A stretch of 64,000 bases of DNA from assembly GCA_002269645.1 (NCBI GenBank), contig NIVC01001539.1, positions 1 to 64,000 of the forward strand, read 5' to 3'. Position numbers and translations under genes: made by a program. The notes beneath the pieces were generated by a model. The model was not told the DNA's origin. It saw only the letters and a list, made by a program, of their open reading frames with translations, and ran no database searches. This DNA is from Macrostomum lignano (lineage: Eukaryota). Positions 1 to 10,100 of the stretch are shown one piece after another. Position 1 is the stretch's first letter, and each line of letters opens with the position of its first letter.

Positions 1-368
1 GCAAACGTCAGCTGGCAAACGTCCCGCTGGCAACACGTCGGCTGGCAAACGTCGCTGGCAAACGTCGGCTGGCAAACGTCCCGCTGGCAAACGTCAGCTG
101 GCAAACGTCCCGCGCAAAGGCAAACGTCCGCTGGCAACGTCGGTGCAGGCAAACGTCAGCTGGCAAACGTCCCGCAGGCAAACGTCAGCTGGCAAACGTC
201 CCGCCGGCAACGTCGGCTGGCAAACGTCCGGCAGGCAAACGTCAGCTGGCAAACGTCCCGCAGGCAAACGTCGGCTGGCAAACGTCGGCTGGCAAACGTC
301 GCGCAGGCAAACGTCGGCTAGCAAACGTCGGCTGGTAAACGTCGCCGCAGGCAAACGTCCGGCAGGCA
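1..368. repeat. Degenerate tandem repeat GGCAAACGTC(N4-5), ~14-15-nt unit
   Basis: Direct reading; runs off the window start. Confidence 0.9.
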
Positions 369-1550
369 AACTTCATAGACCCCTTCCCCCGGGGGGCACC
401 GACTATTTCCCCCGGGCCTTCCACTTAGGAGTGCTTTTTAGTAGCCTTCCCTATTCCTACTGACCCACCGAGATCCATGCCATAATGCGTGGCAAATTTA
501 CTGAAAAATACTAGTAAACTAAGAATTAGAAATGAAGCCTACAAAGAGTCGTTTACCGGTCTGCTCGTGCCAGATCCTGCCGCCAAGAGAAAGTGCAGAG
601 TGCGCTCCTCTGTCTTTTTTTGGTTGTCAAGGGAACAACTAAAGGTCCGCGTTTGTCCTTAAGCCTATCCAATTAAGGATACGCAGTCATATCACGCGAG
701 TTTTATTTTTTGCAATCCTGAGCGTCTTGGCGCCTAGCTTTGTCTTGGCGTCCTGACGCGGGCATCAGTTCACATAGGAGCGTCCTGACGCCCCAAGCTG
801 CACGTGAGCACTCGCGTCCTGATGCAGGCGAGCAAGGACCCTTATGGATATACTGTACCCTGTATACATGTGTGAGTGCGTTGACTGCTGGTCGAGAAAA
901 GTGTTATTGTACAGGTGTCGGCGTTGTACAGCAGGACAGTCTCGTCTCGATCGACCAGGCTACTACATCGCCTGGTAGGGCATCGGATTAATCTGTGTAC
1001 GATCGCTGTAACTTGAGGCAACAAGGATAGACTAACTGCAAACTTTGAACAACACTATTTAAAAGTACATTTTAATTGTGTCAAAACTCCAAAATAGTAA
1101 ATAACAGCTAGGCCTACCGATGTTTAAATATTGTATTTAATAAGCTTTTCGAATGATTTTTGATTTGTTTGATTTTGACGGTATATTTGAATTTTTAGAT
1201 ATCGAAATTAAACTGAAGTCTCGTCTTGGTGAAAGATATCGATAAAAAATATCAAAAGATTCTCGGCGCTTGTTCGCTCTTCCTCAGTAATGTTGAACCA
1301 TTCGATTCTATAGATGAAGGCAGCTGGCTAAATTCTAAAGTAGGCAGAGTTCGAATCTACGGAAAGCGTAAAAGAGCCTTTTCTATATGAGTCTAAAGCG
1401 CAGAAAATGAATATGACAGTTTGTCTGTTGGGGTAGAAAAAAGAGCTAATGATATTTCTAATACGGCTAATCAGCATGCATCTGTTTTGTTAAGCAAAAG
1501 CATTTCATAGGCTGAGTATTGTGCGCATATAAGTACGTAGATTATGATTT

Positions 1551-1556
1551 TTTATT
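1551..1556 (-). promoter_or_regulatory. Polyadenylation signal of kettin-like gene
   Basis: AATAAA on minus strand, ~70 nt after the second in-frame stop. Confidence 0.5.
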
Positions 1557-1727
1557 GAACATTCCTGTTCGCATCGAGTGCGTTTATCCGCGTTGCATCC
1601 TTTCAACTGGGTGTTTTTTCAGCTAGAACTCTGATCGCTGCTCATGTTGGCCACTCCACTGAGATTGAGGCTGCCGCTGCTGCTGCTGCTGCTGCAACCG
1701 CTGCTGGTTCATTTGCTGCTGTGCCTG

Positions 1728-4150
1728 CTATGGGTTCTGCTGTCGCTGACCCCACTGCTGAGTCTGAGGCTGCTGCTGCTGCGACTGACCCCACTGCTGA
1801 GTCTGAGGCTGCTGCTGCTGCTGCGGCTGACCCCACTGCTGAGTCTGTGGTTGCTTCTGCTGCTGCGGCTGACCCCACTGCTGAGTCTGTGGTTGCTGCT
1901 GCTGCTGCGGCTGACCCCACTGCTGAGTCTGTGGTTGCTTCTGCTGCTGCGGCTGACCCCACTGCTGAGTCTGAGGCTGCTGCTGCTGCTGTCGCTGACC
2001 CCACTGCTGAGTCTGAGGCTGCTGCTGCTGCGACTGACCCCACTGCTGAGTCTGAGGCTGCTGCTGCTGCGGCTGACCCCACTGCTGAATCTGTGGTTGC
2101 TGCTGCTGCTGCTGCTGCGGCTGACGCCACTGCTGTGTCTGCGGTTGCTGCTGCGAAGAAGCCTGCGAGATCTGCGCAGTCGTGTGCCCAGTACCAGTTT
2201 GCTGCGTCTCCGACCACTGATTCGATTGTTGGGGCTGGGGCTGCAACTGCTTTTTTGGCTGCATCTGAAGCTGAGAAGTGCTTTGTTTCATTTGATATTG
2301 CTGCTCAGTCGGTGCTTGATTCTGCAATGCCTTTGTTGGAGACTGTTGCTGCGGATAAGCTGGTTGAGCCTGCTGCGGCATTTGCTGTGCTGACAGCCCA
2401 AACTGATTCTGCATTTGCGGCTGCAACTGAGCCTGCTGATGCAGCTGAATCTGATGCTGTGCTCCCGCATTTTGGCTCTGAATTTTCTGCCGCTGTGGTT
2501 GCATCTGCTGCTGCTGTGGTTTCATCTGCTGCTGTTGTGGTTTCATCTGCTGCTGCTGTGGTTTCATCTGCTGCTGCTGTGGTTGCATCTGCTGCTGCTG
2601 TGGTTGCATCTGCTGCTGCTGTGGTTGCATCTGCTGCTGTGGTTGCATCTGCTGCTGTTGTGGTTTCATCTGCTGCTGCTGTGGTTGCATCTGCTGCTGT
2701 TGTGGTTTCATCTGCTGCTGCTGTGGTTGCATCTGCTGCTGCTGTGGTTGCATCTGCTGCTGCTGTGGTTGCATCTGCTGCTGTTGTGGTTTCATCTGCT
2801 GCTGCTGTGGTTGCATCTGCTGCTGCTGTGGTTGCATCTGCTGCTGCTGTGGTTGCATCTGCTGCTGTGGTTGCATCTGCTGCTGTTGTGGTTTCATCTG
2901 CTGCTGCTGTGGTTGCATCTGCTGCTGTTGTGGTTTCATCTGCTGCTGCTGTGGTTGCATCTGCTGCTGTTGTGGTTTCATCTGCTGCTGCTGTGGTTTC
3001 ATCTGCTGCTGCTGTGGTTGCATCTGCTGCTGCTGTGGTTGCATCTGCTGCTGCTGAGGTTGCATCTGCTGCTGCTGAGGTTGCATCTGCTGCTGCTGAG
3101 GTTGCATCTGCTGCTGAGGTTGCATCTGATGCTGAGGTTGCATCTGATTTTGAGGTTGCATCTGCTGCTTTTGTGGTTTCATCTGCTGCTGCTGTGGTTG
3201 CATCTGCTGCTGCTGTGGTTGCATCTGCTGCTGAGGTTGCATCTGCTGCTGTTGTGGTTGCATCTGCTGCTGTTGTGGTTTCATCTGCTGCTGTTGTGGT
3301 TGCATCTGCTGCTGCTGAGGTTGCATCTGCTGCTGCTGTGGTTGCATCTGCTGCTGCTGAGGTTGCATCTGCTGCTGCTGAGGTTGCATCTGCTGCTGCT
3401 GAGGTTGCATCTGCTGCTGCTGTGGTTGCATCTGCTGCTGAGGTTGCATCTGATGCTGTTGTGGTTGCATCTGCTGCTGAGGTTGCATCTGCTGCTGAGG
3501 TTGCATCTGATGCTGAGGTTGCATCTGATGCTGAGGTTGTGGTCTTTGTCGCTGTCTCTGAGGCCGCTGCTGCTGCTGCTGTTGCGGCTGGTGTACTTGC
3601 TGCTGAGGCAATGGGGCCTGTGGCACCTGCTGCTGGTGAGGCAATGGGGCCTGTGACACCTGCTGCTGCTGAGGCAATGAGGCCTGTGGCACCTGCTGCT
3701 GCTGAGGCAATGGGGCCTGTGGCACCTGCTGCTGCTGAGGCAATGGGGCCTGTGGCACCTGCTGCTGCTGAGGCAATGAGGCCTGTGGCACCTGCTGCTG
3801 CTGAGGCAATGGAGCCTGTGGCACCTGCTGCTGCTGAGGCAATCGAGCCTGTGGCACCTGCTGCTGCTGAGGCAATGAGGCCTGTGGCACCTGCTGCTGC
3901 TGAGGCAATCGAGTCTGTGGTACGGTGGCTTTCGGCAGCTGCTGCGCATTAGTCTGAGCCGGAGTCTTTGGCCAGGCAGGATTGAGGTCCTTGACCGTTG
4001 CTTCAGCATTTGGCTTGTGCACGGGCAGCTGCCTGCCCTCCTGGCAGCCTGCGTAGAGCCCGCCGCGCAGCCGGGACTGGACGGAGGCGTACAGCCTCTC
4101 AGCCTGCTCCACCTCCGGGTCCCGGTAGGTCAGAGACTTGATCTCCGATT
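1728..4150 (-). CDS. Kettin-like exon 10: Gln/Pro-rich repeat tail
   Basis: ESEIKSLTYRDPEVEQAERLYASVQSRL, then PQAPLPQQQQV, QPQQQQM and PQTQQWGQPQQQQ repeat blocks; 2.4 kb open in one frame. Confidence 0.75.
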
Positions 4151-7100
4151 CTGCGATAATAAATTTTCGAACTTGCTGAGAATCATCATGGACACACTCA
4201 TGATCATCATGGACACACTCATAATCATCCTGGACACACTCATAATCATCATGGACATACTCATAACCATCCTGGACACACTCATAATCATTATGGACAC
4301 ACTCATAATCATCATGGACACACTCATAATCATCATGGACACACTCATAATCATCATGGACATACTCATAACCATCCTGGACACACTTATAATCATCATG
4401 GACACACTCATAATCATCATGGACACACTCATAATCATCATGGACATACTCATAACCATCCTGGACACACTCATAATCATTATGGACACACTCATAACCA
4501 TCCTGGACACACTCATAATCATCATGGACACACTCATAATCATCATGGACATACTCATAACCATCCTGGACACACTCATAATCATTATGGACACACTCAT
4601 AATCATCATGGACACACTCATAATCATCATGGACACACTCATAATCATCATGGACATACTCATAACCATCCTGGACACACTCATAATCATTATGGACACA
4701 CTCATAACCATCCTGGACACACTCATAATCATCATGGACACATTCATAATCATCATGGACACACTCATAATCACCCTGGACACCCTTGTAATAATCATAA
4801 ACACACGCAATCCTATAGACATACTCGTAATAACCACGAGACACAATAATTTTACGACATAAAACACAAATTCGTAGAATTCCGCACCTCGTTCCACTTT
4901 TCTTAGATTGTCCGCCGCTCCCATCGGTCTGCTGATCTTCTGCTGCAGCTCCTGCGATATCGCCACTTTGCGCAGCTCGGCCAGCCGACTGAAATTCGCC
5001 TCTGCATTGGGGAAGAGCAATGGAACGATCTTCAGTCTTTCCATTTGGAACAATTGATCTCTGTTGACAGTTCTGTGTGTGGTCTTAACTTTTACAAGAC
5101 TGATTGTGTCAGACAATAACACTAACACTAAGAGGCTCATCATTGAATGCTCCGATTGGTTCCCGGATCTGCATCACTGTCATCTGAGGTCATAAAAGTC
5201 CACTAAGAAGGATATCTTTTGTCTTGAAAATAATTCACTTGATAACTATGTGAAAAAGAGGAAGGCGTAGCGTAGGTATGTTACTATAGTGTGGAGCACA
5301 ACAATGGATTATTTGTCCATGGTCAGCAGTGCTTACCATGTAGGCACTAAGGGAGTTAGATCATGGATCCCTTCATCCATGAATGAGTGGCCCATCTTGT
5401 GTATATATGATCTTTGGGCCAGACTCATAGCTCGTACCCATGGATGAAGGAATATCATGGATTTCTCATCTGCGCAATGTCCGTGGAGTCGTGGACCCGA
5501 CCAACCCCCAATCTTGGAATTGTGACGTACCGGTTGAAGTAGATTGACTGAGCGAGTCTATAAATACTCATCCCGCTTCGTATAAAATTTTCAACTTTCT
5601 TTTCAGTATAGGTTGTCTTAAAGAGCAAATGTATAGTCACGATCAATGCAAAGAGTAACAGTAGCTGGGGAGTAGAGGGTTTCTGGGAGGGAGAGGATGA
5701 TCCACTTTGAGCATGAGCGGCTACAGCTTGATCTATGTTATGTTATTCCTTCATCCATGCTCATACCCGGCTCAGTCTGCTCCAATAGAGACTGGGTCAT
5801 CCAATTCACTCAAAGTAGCAGACAAGAGCGGGAATGATAAGCTCTGTTAATTTATGGTAAGCACCATTTGATGACGCAATTCTTATGGTTTCAAGCCTAA
5901 AAAATCATTCGGAATTATATATCTAGTCCTCTATTTCTCGCTCAGAACAGCAGCAACAGAATCAAAGTACGGCTGACTGACGCTGCAGTTAGAGAAGAAG
6001 CATCGCGTGGCGCATCTTTCCACGCCGGGGTAGAGGGAGGGCCTTCATTTTTTAGCAGCGGTGCTTCGTGGACCGTCATTCGCCTTGGATGGAGACGACT
6101 GTATGGTAGACTATGGTATACACACAAGATTTGAAGAGAGAGAGAGAGAGGACTCAGACTGAAAGAAATCTTGAAGATCTAATCAGGACAAATCACTGTC
6201 CCTCAAGAGGTGTTTCTGAAGCCGTACAACCTCAACTTGACTCAAGCCAGCACAAGCTTATAAGAACTTCTGAGACTCAAGTTCCTTTCCCACAGTAGTG
6301 AATTATTAGCCTCAAATTCTTCTCTAGCTACTTAGTAGTAGGCAATCTCAAACAGCAAACATCCATGCTCTCGCCTGGCTCAATGTGCTTGAGATCCGGT
6401 CGAAAGTCGCCAGCCGGCACCACGCTGACGACGGCCTCGGCGAACACCTGACCCAATGGGTTCGCCGCCAACACTCGGAGCTGGTGCTGGCCGACATCCT
6501 GGCAGCGAACAATCTCCAGCCAGTTGATGGAACCGTCTTTGTGCACAACGTAGTTGGCCGTCTGGGAGCCCGGTGGAATCGTGATTAATTTTATCGATTT
6601 TTATTGAGTAAAAAGACTCACGAATCTAATAACGAAATTCAAAACTTGACTTACATTGCTTGTCTCCAGGTTGTTCTGTGTCTCATCACCGCTCTGGAAA
6701 AAATTCAATGCCAATGTGGGGGTCAGAAGCGTCAATTGGATGCAAGGACATCAGATAAGTCAGAATTGAATATCATGCCTAAAACCTTGGGGTCAAGAGT
6801 GGTGTAACGAGCGGCCAATTGGATGTCAGGAGCGTCCCAAATTTTCATCATGACAGCCCCTACATGTATAAATACGCTCGTATATGTTCACATCCTCCAT
6901 GGCATATGAAATTTAAGTACTGACCGTCGCAATCGGTTGATTATCCAGACACCAGGTGACTACTGGCCGCGGATTGCCGCTGAGCTTTACCAGCACCTTC
7001 ACCGGATCGCCTTCGCCAACCGTGCACGACTCGGGTAGAATGTCGAAATATGGCGCCGATTGAGGCTCCTCCGATTCTCGAAATCGAAACTCGTCAGGCG

Positions 7101-10100
7101 CTATGGGGGTCCTGAAACGGGGGTTGGTTTCTCGAGGTCTAAAGTAGTGCAAATAGGTTTGCTTATCGTACAGGCTAAGATTGAGGTAGGTTTGGTTGGG
7201 GCACGGTTTTAGGTGAATGTGGCTAGGCAGAGGAGTGAGGTGAGTGTTGTGGTAAATCAGCTATGCTGCTTGTTTAAAGTGGTTGAAAACTACGAGAGAG
7301 CTATCAAAGCTCTGATGTCTGTATTTATATTGTAAAGCGATGCTACGTGCGCGAGAGTGATAACATAATTTAAGCGTACACAATTTGCCCATAACTCAAA
7401 TAGCAATAACTCAAACCTAACGTGCCAAGCTTGCGTAAATAATAATAGAGAAAGAAATAATAGGAAAGTACAAATACAAATCAATACTCGTACTGAGTGC
7501 ATGCACATACTTGTAGCTACACGACAAGTGTGGCTAGGCAGGGAGTGAGGTTGGATTGGCTAGGCAGGGGAGTGAGGTGGGTGTGGCTAGGCAAGGGAGT
7601 TAGGTGGGTGTGGCTAGGCAGGGGAGTGAGGTGGTTGTGGCTTGGCAAGGGAGTGAGGTGGGTGTGGCTAGGCAAGGGAGTGAGGTGGGTGTGGCTAGGC
7701 AGGGGAGTGAGGTGGGTGTGGCTAGGCAAGGGAGTGAGGTGGATGTGGCTAGGCAAGGGAGTTAGGTGGGTGTGGCTAGGCAGGGGAGTGAGGTGGTTGT
7801 GGCTTGGCAAGGGAGTGAGGTGGGTGCATCTGGGGTACGGAGGAGTGTGGTTAAAATGGGGAGTGATTTGTTTGCGGACAAACTATTAATTACTGTTGAG
7901 ACTTACTCTCGCCACTGTCTCTCCAGCTCCTCTAGACGCTTGTATCCCTGCGCCTCACCAGGCAGCTGCGTCCGAGTGACGACCCCTTCTCCGGCCCGGC
8001 AGACCAGGCCGACGCGATTCGACTCGGCTACGCCGCCGCGGTTGCTGACCACCGCCCAGTAGAGGCCGGAGTCCTCCGGCTTGCAGTGACTGATGTGCAG
8101 CAGGGCGCGGCCTTTTTCTAGTTCAAAGCGCACTCGAGCGGCGCAAGCCACCGAGGCGCCGTCTTTGATCCACTCGACGCTGAGGTCGCTGTCGCTTGAC
8201 GGTTCAACCTAAGTTGCAGTGAAAATATTCTTTAAACAATGATACAGCGTTTGTATTCAAAGATGAGTTTTAAGTTAACGAAAGGCCTCTCTTATGATTA
8301 GGGTTAGGGTAGGGTTAGGGTTAGGGCTAGGGTTAGGGCTAGGCTTAGGGTTAGGATTTGGATTAGGGTTAGGGTTAGGGTAGGGTTAGGGTTACGGCGA
8401 GGGTTAGGGTTCGGGCTAGGGTTACTAGCTTCTTCCGAAGACTGCAGACTTTTCGCCGACTGTAGACTTCAGCTTTCTTCTTACTTAGTAAAAACTCAAT
8501 TGCGTCATATCAGATATTAAATTCGCTACGCCTCCCTAAAGACGCACCTGCAGATCCAGCAGCACCTGGCCGCCCTCGCGGATCTGCGGCGGCGGCTTGA
8601 CACCTCGTACAATCCTTGGCGGCGGCTGCTGCTGCTGCTGCATTGCCAGAAACGCGGCGCTAGAATCGTCGGTTCGACGCTCGAGCTCCTCCTCGAGCAG
8701 CATGAGGCTGCGCATGCTCTGCTCGGCGTCTCCGGGCAGCTGGGAGGTGGTGACCACCCCGCCCTGCGCGTAGCAGACCAGCCGGCAGTAGCCAGACTGG
8801 TGCTGCCCGTTTTCGCTCAGCGCCACGGCGCAGTAGTCACCGGAGTCTTCGGCGTTGGCGTGCCCGAACCGCAGCTGAGCGACGCCCATTTCGAAACTGG
8901 CCGTCACGCGCGAGCCGAACTGGACTGGCTGGCCGTCCTTGAACCAGGCCACCTGGACTCGACTGCCGTTGCCGGGGTCGAGGCGAGCTTCGAACGCGGC
9001 TGGCGAGCCTTCGATCAGCTGGAGCTGGGCCGGCGACGGGTCGGAGAGGAAGCGGGGCGGCTCCGGCAGCTGGTTCCGCGATTCAGCCTCCAGGCTGTTG
9101 GTGGCGGTGTTGTGGTAAAGCTACAGGGAATCTGGCCTCATCGGTACACCATCCACGTTACTCTCTATTTGATGGCAAAATGATTTTTTCCTAACTCCGC
9201 AGTGGATTTTTTTCCAGGAAATTGGCCTCCAAAAACTACACGATCTTTGAGTTCTACGTCCTGTTACACCACAGTGGTCCTTGGCGTTACATCTTGATAC
9301 AGGTCTGGTACGAGACTTGCGGCGTTAGTAAAAGGGCACAACTATGCAAAAATAATTTCCTGTGAGAATTTTAACACACTTGCTAAGATGCATAAAATAT
9401 TAATCCAGTGGAGAGGTCTCGCTTACGGATCGAACTCCTCCTGCAGAGTGTACTCCTCCAGTCGCTGAATATTCATGACAGACGACTCCGGTAGGGCGGA
9501 CGCCGTGACGACGCCCGCCGAAGCTGAGCACCTGAAATTTTTGTTTTCGCGATTTGAGAAGCTCAGTATGCTGATTTTCTGCAGTATTGAGAGCACCAGT
9601 GCTCATGCTTAGCTACCTGAGCTCAGCCTGGTTGCTCTGCGCCTTGCCGTGCTTGTTGGCGGCCTCGCAGTGATAAAATCCGTTGTCCTCCGGGTAGCAG
9701 CAGTTGATCTCCAGCGCCGTGTAGCCCCGGTCGTACACAGCCTTGAGCCGGGAGCCCAGCGTCAGCGGGAAGCCGTTCTTGAACCATTCGATCTGCACGT
9801 TGGGATCCGCGGCCGGCGTCACCCGAGTCTCGAACCGGACGCGACCGTTTTCCTGGGCCACGATGCTCTCCAAATGCCGCACGAACTGCGGCACCGCCTG
9901 AGGCACCTGGTCGTCAAAGTCTTGGCGGACGCTGCGGCTGTTCAGCCGCTCGTTTAGTCGGTCGATGTTTGCCGCCATGGACGCTTCGGGGAGTTGCGTT
10001 CGCGTCACCACGCCTTCGTCGGGCACCACTCTGGCGGAAACAATGGGAGTTTACAATACTCGAGTACAAAATATCCGGATAGTTACTAGCCAAATGGGTC

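Noticed and set aside
371-470. G/C-run hairpins (CCCCCGGGGGG...CCCCCGGG) next to the first array, as a possible Helitron end or structured RNA
   Set aside because: No CTRR terminus, second copy or other diagnostic feature visible.
1644-3952. Long plus-strand poly-Ala/Val/Leu ORFs (743, 413, 249 aa)
   Set aside because: Antisense shadows of the CAG-rich exon; no independent splice or poly(A) support.
4151-4844. YECVHDD repeat at the start of the 1038-aa ORF
   Set aside because: 21-nt intronic minisatellite that happens to be in frame; retaining the 737-nt intron would shift the frame.
4130-5143. ORF starting MMSLLVLVLLSD, which looks like a signal peptide for a secreted Gln-rich protein
   Set aside because: The hydrophobic start lies in intron 8. 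Only 5001-4888 is exonic, joined in phase to upstream Ig exons.
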